From assembly GCF_001194135.2 (NCBI RefSeq), contig NC_068982.1, positions 128,079,340-128,132,366 on the forward strand: DNA of 53,027 nucleotides. The letters run 5' to 3'. Positions within the stretch are counted from its first letter, which is position 1. The number at the start of each line of letters is the position of its first letter. This stretch comes from Octopus bimaculoides. Its lineage: Eukaryota. The notes under the pieces are model-generated. The model saw only the letters and a program-made list of their open reading frames with translations. It was not told the origin of the DNA and made no database searches. Positions 36,858 through 51,055 of this stretch are shown here, in pieces. A program made the position numbers and the translations under genes.

Positions 36858-38249
36858 CATACACACATACATATAATTATCATCATTGTTGTTGTCATCA
36901 TCATCATCATTTAACATTTGTCTTCCATGATGGCATAGGTTGGATGGTTTGACAGGAGCTAGCAAGGCAGTGGACTGCACCAAGCTCCACTATCTGTTTT
37001 GGCATGGTTTTTCAAACACCAACCACTTTATGGTGTAAACAGGATACATTTTACCTGGTACCAGCATCAGCAAATCACCAAGTAACTTGCAAGAGAAAGA
37101 TCCTTTGAGAAAGTGGGTATTGGAGGAGGTGGCTTTGTGCCAGATGATGAGAGCTTAAAGTATGAGAGAGTGACAGAAACAGGTGTCTTGTTGCAGAGCA
37201 GTGGTTTTTCAGGCTGCTGCCCCTTTGACACCCAGGCCACATTCCTAGCACCCCTGCCCCAACTAACCATCACAAGCATAGACCTCTTTCTGAAGCAAAT
37301 TCAAAACAACTGTTTTTCACAAATAAAACTTAACCTAAAGAACCCATTATTTTGTTTTTACGTGAATTGCTACCTCATTATCACCCAACTTTTCTTCAAC
37401 GTCCCCTTGGCACTTTCCACCACCCCCAGAACATCAGAACAATAATAATTACAAGGATAATTATGACAATGGTAGTAAAAGAAATGGTACACAACCAAAA
37501 TGAATTTTAGCCATATATTCAGATTGATGTATTCACTATATTTTTCCTTTAGAATTTCTGTCACTGTAAGAAGACCTTATGGTCAGTATGATAAAATATT
37601 CATAAGATTTTGTTATGGCTTAAGTGGAGGTGATATGATTTCATTAGAATATACTTTTGATTCATTTTGTGATATAATTAAAAATTCATTTTAGAAGGAA
37701 GTACTTGACAACATTGATTTTTTTGCTAATCCATTTTACTTCTATGTACTGCAATCAAATCCAAGCTGCCACTAGCCTTGCATAGGTCAGAGTATTATGT
37801 TTAGTAAGTATACAGTAAATATAGGTTCAGACATGGATGTGTGTTGAGAGACTTTGCTTCTCAGCCCCATACTTCTGGGTTCAGTCCCTCTGTGTGGCAC
37901 CTTGGGCAAGTGTCTTTTTCATTAACCTCAGACCAACGAAACATTGTGAATGAATTTGGTAGATGGAAACTGAAAGTTTGTTGTGTATATATGTCTGTGT
38001 TTGTCTCCCACACGACTTGACAACTGGTGTTGGTGTATAACTTAGCAGTTCAGCAAAAGAGACCAATAGAATAAGTACCAGATTTTTTAAAAAATAATTA
38101 TAGGCGTCGATGCCTTCAACTAAAATTTTTTCAAGTCAGTGCCTCAACATGGCTGTAGTCTAATGACAGAAATAAGGATAAAAGATATACTTAAATCAGT
38201 TAGTGCAATAACTATACATCATGAATTCAACCATCAGCCAGGTGCCCTC

Positions 38250-38575
38250 CCTATGTCCAAGGTCAGCTTGCCATGGCTCTCCAGTTCCTTCTGTGCTGCA
38301 TACTTTCAATCATTCAGGTTCTTGTTTCCATTTCATTCTTTGATGTTGTCAATTCACAGATGTCTTTGATGGCCTTTTACTCTCTTCCCCTCAACACTTC
38401 CTGTCAGGATGGTCTTGGGCAATGACTCCTGGTATGTTGTATGTCCAAAATATAATAGCTTTGTGGACTTGATTCTTTGCAGTAGGTATCTTTAGGCTTT
38501 CAGCTTTTATGCTACTGCAACATTTGTTACCCTGTCTTTCCAACTTATTCTGCTCTGTATTAGGAACGTAAGATG
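38250..38575 (-). mobile_element. RTE/BovB-like LINE C-terminal fragment
   Basis: Reverse strand: RISWKDRVTNVAV...IKSTKLLYFGH...LPKTILTGSVEGKR..., matching the ISW...YFGH...ILxGxVEGxR pattern of RTE C-termini. Confidence 0.75.
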
Positions 38576-41250
38576 AATAATTAAATTAATTTGAACTCTT
38601 TTTTTTTTTTTTTTTTTTTTTTTTNNNNNNNNNNNNNNNNNNNNNNNNNNNNNNNNNNNNNNNNNNNNNNNNNNNNNNNNNNNNNNNNNNNNNNNATATG
38701 AACTTGATGTACAATTAAAAAAAAACAAAAAAAAACACAATTTTAAGGTAAATGTTATAAATTTGTTTCTTATGACTTTGCTTTTAGTGTCATTACATTT
38801 AGAAATAAGTCCAAGGAAAAACAAAAACAAAAAAAAATGAAACTCTGAAATTAGCAGCAGTTAACAAAACTAATTATCTGAATGATATTTTATGATTGTT
38901 GTGACAGTTTCTCACTTTACTCATTGGATATGTTGTGAATCAGTAAAGCATGTGTTGGACGTTTTAATGCATTTTGTTATTTTTTAAAATATTTCCTGAA
39001 GAAAAAAAAAAATGAACATTTTGATCTAATCCACTGCTACAGCATCGGCTGATATGAGTGCCTCTATCTTATCAACTGTCATCACCTCTCAATTAGTGAT
39101 AAAATCAGCTGTCTCTTTGCATGATGTCCAAAATGTCTCTGATTATAGATGCGAAAATATGTGTGTGTGTGTGTGTATGTTTGTAGATGTAATTGAAAAA
39201 CTGGATCATATTATGGAAAAATAGAAAGCTCAGTGATGATGTTTGCATGGAAAAGCAATACTTGGTGTATTAAATATGTTAACACCAATGTGTTAACATA
39301 TTTAATACACCAAGTATTAAGAAGCTTATTAGAAATAATTTTTCAAAGGGGAAATGACATTAATCAATGACTAATAATATTTTAATTATTATGATAAATG
39401 TAGGAGCCAATTATGCCTTGCAAATACCTTAGTGAGTGTAGTGGATAGGTACATGTATAGTTATACTACAGAATCTTGCATTCTTGAACAGTAGGTGGTG
39501 TGTTGATATCTCTGATATTCATCTTCATAGCATATTATTTGTCTGTAAAATTTCTATAGTATTACCGTCTGCTCTGCAACTGTTTCTTTTTGTATGTATC
39601 AGTGATATGAATGTTTCGTTTATTTTGTTGTGTTTAGTGGTGGTTTTCTTTTTACTTTTTTATGAGCAACGCTATGTCTACCAGATAATGTAATGAGGGA
39701 ATGTCTGTCTGGTTTGTTTTAGATGGTGTTTAACAAGGTGTAAGTTTGTGTTAAAAGTATCTGTTTTTTGTGCTGTACATTTGGGTTGGGGCTAGAGACG
39801 AGCGTGTTGTGCATTGTGATGTGTAGTGTATTGTTTTATATTGATTGTAGAGAATTCGCTTGGTTGAAATAATGGGAACAGGGTGGGTGGTGGTGGTTGT
39901 GGTGGATGTCAAATAGTATTTGTCTAAACCAGTTTTTGTTGTGTGATTGCTTTAAAGTGTATATTGTTATTTTTTTTAAAGAAGGGAATGAAAAATAAAA
40001 GCAAGTATAAAGAATATTACAAAGAATTACACATGGAAACAGAAGACGTACAGAATTTGTAAGATATATGTTTGCCAATTCATAATGGTATGATGGTGTA
40101 GTGAANNNNNNNNNNNNNNNNNNNNNNNNNNNNNNNNNNNNNNNNNNNNNNNNNNNNNNNNNNNNNNNNNNNNNNNNNNNNNNNNNNNNNNNNNNNNNNN
40201 NNNNNNNNNNNNNNNNNNNNNNNNNNNNNNNNNNNNNNNNNNNNNNNNNNNNNNNNNNNNNNNNNNNNNNNNNNNNNNNNNNNNNNNNNNNNNNNNNNNN
40301 NNNNNNNNNNNNNNNNNNNNNNNNNNNNNNNNNNNNNNNNNNNNNNNNNNNNNNNNNNNNNNNNNNNNNNNNNNNNNNNNNNNNNNCCACTGTGCAGCAC
40401 CCTGGCCAAGTGTCTTCTGCTATAGACTCTGGCCAACAAATGACTTGTGAGTGAATTTGATAGGAAACTGGAAGAAACTTGTGTGCGTCTTTGGTTCTGT
40501 ATCTGTCATACTTTTCCACTACCACTTGACAACTGGTTACTTAGTGGACCAGCACAAGAGACCTATAGAATATGTACCAAACTTCAAACAAAAGAGTAAG
40601 TACTAGGGTCAATTTGTTCAACTAAACTCTTTAGAATGGTGCCCATCATGGCTGTGGTCCAGTGACTGCAACAAGTAAAAGATAAAAGACAAAAACTTAT
40701 TTGGTTCTGAATTAGAGTATTCATAAAGAAATATTTAGTCAAATAACCCAATGAGAATATTTTTCATCAAAATTTACTAGGGAGCTGTTTCTTTACCATT
40801 TTTTTTTCCTTCTGCTTGAAATTTTATAATTGATTCATAATTTTCATAATCATTAAATTTCAAAATAATGATTCTAAAAATTAATGATATCATTAATGTA
40901 TTAATAATTCATGTTATCAAAAAATTTACATTTTGGGAATATGATCATTATCAATAATTGTTAAATTGCGGTAACTACTTTTAGAAAACCATTATAGCCT
41001 AATTCTGAAATTAAATTCTGTCCACTGAAACAATTATCAAACATCACCATGTCATGTAAAAGAAAAGGGCGTGGCTATGTGGTATGACAGTTGTTTCTCA
41101 ACTACATGGTTCCAGGTTCAATCCAATTGCCTGTTTTCTACTATAGCTTTGGACCAACCAAAACTTTGTGTATGGATTTGGTTGATGGAAATTGAATGAG
41201 ACTTGTTGTATTTGTGTATGGGCCTTGATTCTTAAGATTCCTCATAACAA

Positions 41251-41295
<45 letters not shown>

Positions 41296-41529
41296 NNNNN
41301 NNNNNTGTAATAATAATAATATAAATAGTATCTATATGCATATATGGGTACAGGAATCTATGTAAACAACTGTGTAAACAACATCAAGTACAAAAACAAT
41401 GAATTAAGTACGCAAACAACAAGAGAAAATAATGAAAAACAGGACAAGTAACACAGAGAATGACCTTTCATCAGTTGTTGGCTGTCTATCTACTCATTTC
41501 AAGCATTCAGCAACAACATATATATATAT

Positions 41530-42220
41530 ATATACTAGCTGATGTACCTGGTAATTCCCAGGAAAACGGTGCTTATCCCTTGATTCCATTCTCATAATTT
41601 TTTCGCTAATCCAATAACAATACAAATTATGTAGCCCTTAAAACATTTTTTGAATACCCAAATTGTGAAGTCAGTTATGTAATAATGTGAAATTAGTTAC
41701 CCAATAGTAAGAATTCAAATAAAGTAGCCCCGCAAAGGGCTTTAATGCATTCCCAGAGTATATAGAACAATTCAAAGAAAATAACTCTGAAAAGGGCTTT
41801 TGTGCATGCCCAGAGAATATTACCCTCGCGGGTGCTAGTGTTATTGTATTCATGAATAAGTCACTCACCAAAATAAGTGGATCTATTGTTTAAGAAAATA
41901 CTATTTACTTGTTTAAGGGTTGTACTGGATAAATTGCGAAAATAACTCCAACAGTTCAAATACTAAGAAATAAGCATACTCAATTTCAGTTTTACCAAAT
42001 AATTTAGGAAAATGAATGGGTTATTTACCTTGGCTATATATAAGGATCCTTTCCAGGGGCGAATGGGTTATTTCCCTTGATTATTTTAAATAAAATATAT
42101 TAGATATATATAAGGATCTCTTCCAGGGGTCCTATTATCAATTTTTTTCAACGATCTGAGTGTGCCATGAGGTTTTCAGATATGAGTTCTACTCACATGT
42201 CAAGTTTCATCAAAATCGAT
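41530..42220 (+). mobile_element. Possible Helitron/Helentron-derived non-autonomous fragment
   Basis: Starts 'tactagctgatgtacctgg' after a TA run, ends with 'caagtttcatcaaaatcg' and has internal short duplications; classification from remembered family style only. Confidence 0.35.
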
Positions 42221-43384
42221 AAGTACTGGATTGATTTGTTCAACTAAGCCCTTCAAGGTGGTGCTCCCAACACGGCCATTGTCCAATGACTGAAACAAGC
42301 AGAAGATAAATTATTTAGATCAAGCATGGGCGACTTTTTTCAAAAAGCAGGCCACATCAGACATGGCTCATCATTTGACAGGCCACATGAAACATGGCTT
42401 TTAGTCAGGCAGGCCACACTTCTAAAACAAATTCAAGGTAAATTTTTGTCAGGTGTGCTATTCAGAAAGTCTCATGAGCTGCAGATTGCTCATGACTGAC
42501 ATAAATAGACAAAAATGTTTATTTGGTAAACTTGGAAAGGACATTAGTATACACCGGCATTATAGTAATTTCACAGATTTAAAACTATCCTAAAGCTCTT
42601 AACTGAAGACTACTTAGGTATAGAGGCCAATTGATCTAAGGCTGACCCTATTCAACCAGCCTTCTGTTTCAGGAGAGCTTTAATGATATAAATGGAATAG
42701 TTTCAAATAAATTACTACAGTTTCTCTAAGAAAAAATAGTGGGGTTTACAATTTTGCAGGTGTCCTTATACAAAAAACTTCCATATCATTTTAATAAGCC
42801 ATAAATGTTGCCACTAGCTGTAGGTGGTCATTTCATATATTCATGTGTGTGGGCATGTGTATTACTGTCTCCTTCTCATGACATATGATAGGTGTAAACA
42901 AGTGTCACCAACATGCAAGCAGTGTCCTTCATACTCAGTCTTCTCTGAAAGTATGTCTGGTCATGGGGAAACGTTACCTTACTTGAGAACAGGTGTAGGT
43001 TAGTGACAAGAAGACATCCAGTTGTAGAAAATTTGCTTCAACAAATTCCGGCTGACCCATGCTAGCATGGAAAAGCAGATCTTAAAATGAGGAAGATGAT
43101 GATGATATATAGGCTCATATAAATCAAGCAGTAAACATTTTCAGATAAATTTATTCATAATTCCAATTTATTGGTAATAATTTTGATAAATTATTCGTAT
43201 TAATTAGGATTAGAGTTATCATTTCCAGAGCACAGTATTTGAATATGCATTCCTTACTATAATTGAATCTCTAAACTTTTTTTTTTTATATATTTTAATT
43301 ATTTTTGACTTTATTTTGAAAAAAAAAAGCTACACTTCTTGATAAAATAATACAGAAAATACAACAATCTTACAAATTTTGTTC

Positions 43385-44697
43385 TATGAGGTAGTACAAG
43401 AAAGTTCCCTGACTAGTTCTGTAGTGTGCCAGCAGATGATAGCACCTGGTTGTATATACAGTTAGAGTGAGCAGTGACCTTCATGAGGCAGTGTACTGGG
43501 TAACATCACTGTGTTTACTTCACAAGTTGTGAAATTTGTGTTTTTGTGACCATATGTATTCTGTAGTCTGCGATTTTGTCATGGACAGGAACAAAGAGCT
43601 AACATGAAATATTGCATTAAACTTGGGAAATCTGCTACAGAGACATTGAGCATGCTTTGGCAAGCTTATGGTGACAAGGCAATGGATCATAAACAATGTT
43701 TTGAATGGCATGGACTCTACAAAAGCAGAAGAACATCCCTGGAAAATGATGAGTAATCTGGAAGACCTGCCTTGAGTGTCATCCCTGGAAATGTGGAGAA
43801 AATTCATCAGCTTGTGCATGAGGATCATTGGAGGACAATCAACGACATTGCTGATGTTGTTGGTCCACCGTATGGGTCCTTGCAGGCAATCCTCACATTT
43901 GAATGTGTCGTGTCTCTGCCAAGTTTGTCCCCCGCCTGCTGACCAATGAGCAGAAAGAACATCATGTCAATGTTTCTCAAGATCTCATGCCGCTGATGAC
44001 CCATCCTTCATATCGAGGATCATCACTGGTGATGAGAGTGAGGCCTACGGGTATGACTCAGAGACAAAGCAGCAGTTGTCACAGTGGAAGAGCCCTTCAT
44101 CTCCATGACTGAAGAAGGCATGACAACCACAGCTCAATCAAGAGCATGGTGGTAGTTTTTTTTTTTTTTTTGACATTCGCGGTATTGTACTTCAAGAATT
44201 CATCCCTGAGGGCCAGGCCGTCAATTGAGAGTTCTACTGTATCGTTTTGAAGCATTTGAGGGATGACATTTGGCAAAAGTGCCATATCTGTGATGCACAA
44301 AGAACTAGATTCTTCTCAACGACAATGCACCCTGTTACCAAACTCTCCTCACTTGTGAGTTTCTCACCAAAAACAACATGCTATCACTTTTGCACCCTAA
44401 ACCTATTCATGAGATTTAGCACCAGCAGACATATATTTCTTTCCCCAAGATGAAAATGCAGCTCAAAGGTCATTGTTTTAACATTGTTGTCAAGATCGAG
44501 AGTGAATCACAGAAGGTCCTTGACTTGCTTATGGAAAACAACTTCCAGGTTGGATTCCAAAAGTGACAGGAATCCTGGAACTGGTGTATTGCAGTGCAAG
44601 TTGACTATTTCAAAGGAGATGACGTTAAAACTTAGGTAAATAAGTTATTTTTTTTATTAAACATAACTATTCTGGGAACTTTTTGATACCACTCATA
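43385..44697 (+). mobile_element. Full-length decayed mariner transposon
   Basis: TA-flanked TIRs of about 32 bp (tatgaggtagtacaagaaagttccctgactagt / reverse complement of right end tatgagtggtatcaaaaagttcccagaatagt); pseudogenised transposase EQRANMKYCIKLGKSATET...FVPRLLT...IITGDES...DNAP. Confidence 0.92.
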
Positions 44698-44704
44698 ATC
44701 TTGG

Positions 44705-45000
44705 GAGTGTCAATCATTGCCAGTGCTGCTGGACTGGCTCCCGTGCAGGTGGCACGTAAAAAACACCTTTTGAGCGTGGCCGTTGCCAGTCCTTTGTGAC
44801 TGGCCCTCGCGCCGGTGGCACATAAAAGCACCCACTACACTCTTGGAGTGGTTGGCATTAGGAAGGGCATCCAGCTGTAGAAACTCTGCCAAATCAGATT
44901 GGAGCCTGGTGCAGCCTTCTGGCTTGCCAGTCCTCAGTCAAATCGTCCAACCCATGCTAGCATGGAAAGCGGACGTTAGACAATGATGATGATGATGATG
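44705..45000 (+). mobile_element. RTE 3' UTR copy
   Basis: Same unit, ends in (GAT)n. Confidence 0.85.
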
Positions 45001-45901
45001 AATACTGCATAAACATTAAATCTTGAAACTAGAAGACAGATAGATCTGAAACTGGCATAGACTACAAAGTGATCGCAAACAGCAACAAAAGGACTTTGAC
45101 AAAACACAATTGATTGACTGTGTTCCTTCTTCTAAAGTGATGCTACTTACTTAGGCCCTTTACTCCCTATGGAGCATAGGCTGTCAGTTACTTTTCTCCA
45201 CTGTTTTTAACTCCTGGCAACCTTTTCTGCTTTTATATACTTAGATCCCAGATTTTTCAGCTCTGCCTCACTGACTTGTCTCATTTAGTTAGTTGGCCAA
45301 CTAATTGATGAATAATAATAAAGAAGTGAAATAGAACCAGTATGTGTTTATTGTTGGCATAATGGTCCTCCCAATATACAACAAAATCTGTTTCAACACA
45401 CTAGTTCAAATAAAGAATCTTGCAAACCAAATACAAAAATAAAAATTATAGATGCTATTAAGATGATGATGATGATGATGATGATAACTTAGGTATTTTA
45501 CAAATTAAGACATTTGTACAACTACTCAGGCAAGATGTTTTTATCTTTTTCTGTCTAGTATCCTCTATCGTACAAATGGCAATTATTCTAAAGACAGTAA
45601 CAGAAAAATGTCACTGATTACATCAATAGACTTTAAAAAAAATCTATGTATTTGGGGATTCATATATTTGGTGCAAGATAGATAAAAAATAAAAATATTT
45701 CATGCCAACATTAATGTCTGATGATGTCGTTAATTATGTTTTGATATGTTTATACCACAACCTGTGTATTATGTTTTTGTTATTACTGACGCCTTGATAA
45801 ATCATCATCATCACCATCATGATTATTGTTGTTGCTGTCATGTTATGTATATTTGATTACTGCCAACTTGTATGATTTTGGTGCTCTTACTATTTTGTTT
45901 T

Positions 45902-45943
<42 letters not shown>

Positions 45944-46614
45944 GTAAATATATGTACATTTAATGTATTATAAGTAAATATTTTTTTTTGTATATCGACT
46001 TGCCTAACTTGGTTGTCCTTACATTTACATACATATTCACACACACACACACACACACATACACACACACACATACTCACATATATACACACGTGCTTGT
46101 AATATGAGGGTATCTGACTATATTCATAATATATGGTGTCTCTATATAGTCATGCCATTATTTTACATCTTCACAGTTGTCTTGTTACAATTATACCACA
46201 GCTACTATTTTTACACTGATGTGTTTCATATTTGTGCCCTTTATACTCTCATATTTATGTCACTTCTCCTAACACATATTTATGTAAATCAGATAAATAT
46301 TGCTTATATTTGTGTCATTATTTGTTAAATTGTTTATGTATGTCTCATTACCAGTTTTATGTATGCCTCATTACCAGTTTTATGTTTGTTATTTCTAGGA
46401 TTTTTTATATCATTTCTGCTGTCTTCATACATTTGTCACTGCTTATATATTTCATTTCATTTCATTTTATTGGTGTCATTGTCTATTGTTGTTGGTGTCT
46501 AAGTCCAGGTCAAATCCTGATTAAATAAAACTTTTAACAAAGACATTCTATTCTTATTAACATATTATATCCAGGGCAACATCATCAAATGTGTTCCTTC
46601 TTCAAAGGTGATAC

Positions 46615-46895
46615 TACTTACTTAGGCCCTTTGCTCCCTATGGAGCATAGGCTGTCAGTTACTTTTCTCCACTGTTTTCAACTCTTGGCTACCTTTTCTG
46701 CTTCTATACGCTTGGATCCCAGCTTTTTCAGCTCTACCTCAGAGACTTGTCTCTAGTTATTTTTAGGACATCCTTTCTTCTACCTCCCTTGTGGGTTCTG
46801 GGTCAAGGCCTGATGTGTAATGCTGAATCCTGGTTTCCTTAAAGTGTGGCCTATCTAGCACAACTTGCACTTCAGGATCTGTTCATCCACTGGCC
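46615..46895 (-). mobile_element. Second RTE-clade LINE 3' end; partial duplicate at 45140-45285
   Basis: Reverse strand: IGHTLRKPGFSITHQALTQNPQG...LCSIGSKGPK*, the WIGHTLRK...ALxWNPQG motif of RTE elements. Confidence 0.78.
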
Positions 46896-47299
46896 CCCTA
46901 CCCAACTATTTCTGTCACAGCTCTTAATTTTTTAATTGTCCAGCTATCTAAAATGGTAGGTGAAGTTTAAGGCAGATTTTTGATTCTTATTTCAAACAGT
47001 TTGAGTGACCATGTACATGTTTTGCTTCATGGGTTATGGGGGATCCTCTGTGCTATTTCTAAGCTTGCTAAACTGATGTAACCATTACTAAGTTGGGGCA
47101 TTGTATTTGTTATTTTTGTTACAGTAACTGTAGTAAGAAAACAATGTTTCCATGAAATTAATTCATTGGTCGAGGGATAATATAAAGTATAGGGATTATT
47201 GAGGATCTCCTTTACAGCAGCACACCTCTTTCTTGTTAACCCCCATTCTATCTATAAGTAATTCTTTTCTGCCCTCATTCTTGTTAACTTTCACTCCCT

Positions 47300-47770
47300 T
47301 TCTCTTCCTCTCTCAAGCTGAGTAACCATGGACCTTCTCTACAGCAAGGCAGGCATTTATTTCTGCCTCTCTGTCACACTCTAAGCTTTCATCGTCTGAC
47401 ACAAGATCACTTCTTCCGATGCCCCCTCCTTTCTCAAAAGCCCTTTGTCTTGCAAAGTCACTTGGTGACCCCGCCAGTGCAGGTGCCACTTAAAAAGCAC
47501 CCAGTCTGTACTGTGAAGTGGTTGGCATTTGGAAGGGCAGCTAGCTGTAAAAATCATGCCAAAACTGATCTCGTCTGTGTGAGTGCCACGTAAAAAGCAC
47601 TCAGCCCACTCTACAGAGTTAGGAAGGGCATCCAGTCGTAAAAACCTTGCCAAAAATAGACACAAAGTATGGTACAGCCTCTAACCTGGTCAGCTCATGT
47701 CAAACTGTTCAACCCATGCCAGCATTGAAAGTGGATGTTAAATGATGATGATCATCATCATCATCATCAT
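47300..47770 (+). mobile_element. Diverged RTE-tail-related repeat; inverted relative at 36890-37300
   Basis: Shares 'ggaagggcatccag...aacccatgccagcat...aaatgatgatg' with the RTE 3' UTR unit. Confidence 0.6.
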
Positions 47771-49437
47771 TCTAAGAAATATTGTTGTCATGTCTCTATT
47801 TCCTCAATAGCGTGACACCTACTCTTGTCCCTCTATCATACTTTAACCTTCCAATACCTTGCATAAAGCAACTTTCCCTCCTCTCAAATACTCCTCTCAC
47901 TTAGTGGTGGAGTATTTTTCCTCTTTCTTGTTCTTTTCCTGTCTTGCAAGTTATTTGCCTGCCTCAGCAGTGCCTGTGCCATGAATAAAGCATTCAATAC
48001 ACATTGCAAAGTCGTTGGTTACAGGAAGGGTCTCCAGCCATTGCAAACATGCCAAAGCTGACATTGGAGTTTGATGCAGTTCCTCCATGGTCAAACCATT
48101 CAACCCATTCTGGCATGGGAAAACCAATGTTAACTGATGATTATGCTGATAATCAGGGTAAGATGGGTAGTACCCATGGTTGTTTATTTTGTTCAATGCC
48201 TCCGAAACTGATGGAGGAAGAAATTGTCCTGAAACTGGAGGCCTGGTATAAAAGAGCATACAACAGTGGGAACTCTGCTGAAGGTACTCAAAGACCAAGT
48301 GATAGATTATCTTTCACCCAAGAAACCAGAATACAAAGAGCTTCAAGAAATGCTGCAATGTGTCTTGTCTGATGCTTTTAACAATTCTGCCAACCCATAG
48401 CTTTGGACTGTTTTTTTATATATATATTTCATTGACCCCCCCTCTTCCTCCCTGCGAAAGGATGAATGCCGAAGTTGACCTTGGGGGAATTTGAGCTCAT
48501 AGTGCAGAGAGCCAGAACAATACTGCAAGGCATTTAATCCAATGTTCTAATAATTGTAGCTGCATTTCTCACTGATTTACCTAATTTAAAGAATAAAGCA
48601 ATATCCTTGAAAATTGTCTGACAAAAACTAATTATATGTAATAGTATATACTAGCACTGGATGATGCAGTAGGCTGTTGTATAAGATAAGAACTTACTGT
48701 CAAATAATCCCAACGTATACATTGAGAATGCAAACAAATTGCAATATTAGCTGAGCTATGGAAAATTGATTTTATTTGATTAGTCACAAGGTTGTTATTG
48801 TTAGGTAGGAGACTATTTGATTGAATCAATCCTTGTATATTGTATTTATATTTATTGACTCCAAACTGATGAAAGCAAACTCAGACCCAGCAACATTTGA
48901 TTTCATTTTAATGGGAAAGAAGAAAGCTAAATATTATAAGACCACAAATCCAAATTCTAGTGTTTCTGCCAACATGTCAGCCTCAGTAACTGAAATAGTA
49001 AACTGAAATGATGAAAATGCATATCCAATAAGTGAATATCAGGTAACAGTATTATTAATCTGGTAAGAATCATTATAATAAATGTAAAGGGAAGTGCATT
49101 GACAAAAATCAGTGGAATGTATACTAAACGTCTTAAAGTGTTAGCTTTATCTCGCTCTTTAAACTTTGCATTGTAAATAGTTGAGTAAATGATTCTGGTA
49201 AGCCAGAGCTCTGGCTGTTGGTAAATATAATTCAGAATCTGTTTAATAGTTAAACAAACATTTCTAAATTAGGTACAAAGCCAGAAATTTGGGAGGAAGG
49301 CAACAATCAGTTATATCGCTCCCAGTACTTGATTGATTCCTGGTATTTTATTTTGTTGACCTCAGAAGGAAGAAAGGCAAAGTTTACCTCATAAAGAGCC
49401 AGAACAAACAATTTGTTCAGTGCTCTTCTCTTCCTTT

Positions 49438-49770
49438 GAAGGCGCATGACTCAGTGGTTAGAGCGTTGGGCTTACGATCGTGAGGTTGTGAGTTCAATTC
49501 CTGGACCAGGCTGCGTGTTGTGTTCTTGAGCAAGACACTTTATTCCAAGTTGCTCCAGTTAACTCAGCTGTAGAATTGAGTTGCAACATCACTGGTGCCA
49601 GGCTGTATCGGCCTTTACCTTTCCTTTGTATAACATCAATGGTGGGGAGAGGGGAGTTTGGTATGCATGGGCGACTGCTGGCCTTCCATAAACAACCTTG
49701 CCCAGACTTGTGCCTCGGAGGGTAACTTTCTAGGTGCAATCCCATGGTCATTCATGACCGAAGGGGGGGC
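49438..49770 (+). mobile_element. tRNA-derived SINE family C
   Basis: TGACTCAGTGG A-box, GAGTTCAATTCC B-box, 'gttgtgttcttgagcaagacacttt' body; decayed relatives at 28775-28925 (+) and 10925-11082 (-). Confidence 0.8.
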
Positions 49771-50453
49771 CTCCCCCTCCTCTTCCCTTCCTATCAATCC
49801 ACTATCATTGCCCAATCCTTAATGAAAAATATACGAAAGTGGTTTTGGTGCTGATACCGATCTATTGTTTTTTTGCTTTTTCAAACTCTACTTTAGACAA
49901 CAAATGAACATGAAATTCCTCAACTGATATTTAATCATTTTTCTCATGTTATTCACAACCAGTCATGTGTCTCCAAAACAGTATTTCTCTTTCTTTTTTT
50001 CCAATTCAATAATATTTCAACTTTAAAACTTCTATTAGTTTATCCATTGTTCACTATTTCATTTTTTTCTCCAACTATCACCACCCCCTGTTCTCTATCC
50101 ATTGTACATTATATTATTATCACTCTTTCTATTTTTCCCTCTCCCTCTTCAAGGAAAAAATAGAAAAAGTGATAATATATCTCTGTCATATTAGTGGTAT
50201 GGATGTGTTTGTACAAAAAACAAAGCCACTGAGTTAAACTCACATAAGGTGGCTACATGCATAACTGAGCAACAAACCCCCTTAAAATAACTTCATAGCA
50301 CACAGATACTACTTCAGGAATTGCTTGGTACATCCACTCTTGCAACCATACTTGACACCCATTAGTCCATGTCATCTGCTTAATTCATGGTTTCTTTGAG
50401 TGGATTAAATTTACAGGGTGGGTGTGCATCCAAAACAAGAAGTTGCTAAACCC

Positions 50454-50554
50454 TTCTTCTTCTTCTTCTTCTTCTTCTTCTTCTTCTTCTTCTTCTTCTT
50501 CTTCTTCTTCTTCTTCTTCTTCTTCTTCTTCTTCTTCTTCTTCTTCTTCTTCTT
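50454..50554. repeat. (CTT)n microsatellite
   Basis: Directly visible; source of the poly-F/S/R ORFs. Confidence 0.97.
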
Positions 50555-51008
50555 CTCCTCCTCCCCCTCCCTCCCCTCAAACTCTCTCTTCCCTCCCTCT
50601 CTCTTTTTTTTATATTACACTGAATGGTTCTCATAACCGACTGTTATGTGCATGTGTATGAGGGAGAGAGAGAGAGAGAGTATGTATAAAGAGTCCATTC
50701 CAGTTCTTGGCCAGTACTTATTTCTCAACCGATGAAAGGCATACTTGACCTCAGTAGGATTTGAACTGTAAATGCATGAACCTGGAACAATTACTGTAAA
50801 ACATCTGTCCAATGCTCAAATGATACTGCTAAATGACAAGATGTTTTACGAAAGACCTACAGTTTCCCATGTTGGCATGTGTGTGTGTAAAGTGGTTCTT
50901 CAATATTTTAGTCATTTTAATTTAATGTATACCTCAGTAAAGCACTCAGTATATTTTCACTGTCATCCCAAAACAACTTTTTTTTCAGGTCCGTTTGTTC
51001 AAGGTTGT

Positions 51009-51055
<47 letters not shown>

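Noticed and set aside
41440-41510. Minus-strand GAAA...CTGATGA as a type-II hammerhead
   Set aside because: No convincing stems I-III.
49438-49512. tRNA gene
   Set aside because: A and B boxes present but no clean cloverleaf; continues into a SINE body found elsewhere in the window.
50418-50661. Poly-Phe/Ser/Arg ORFs
   Set aside because: (CTT)n microsatellite.
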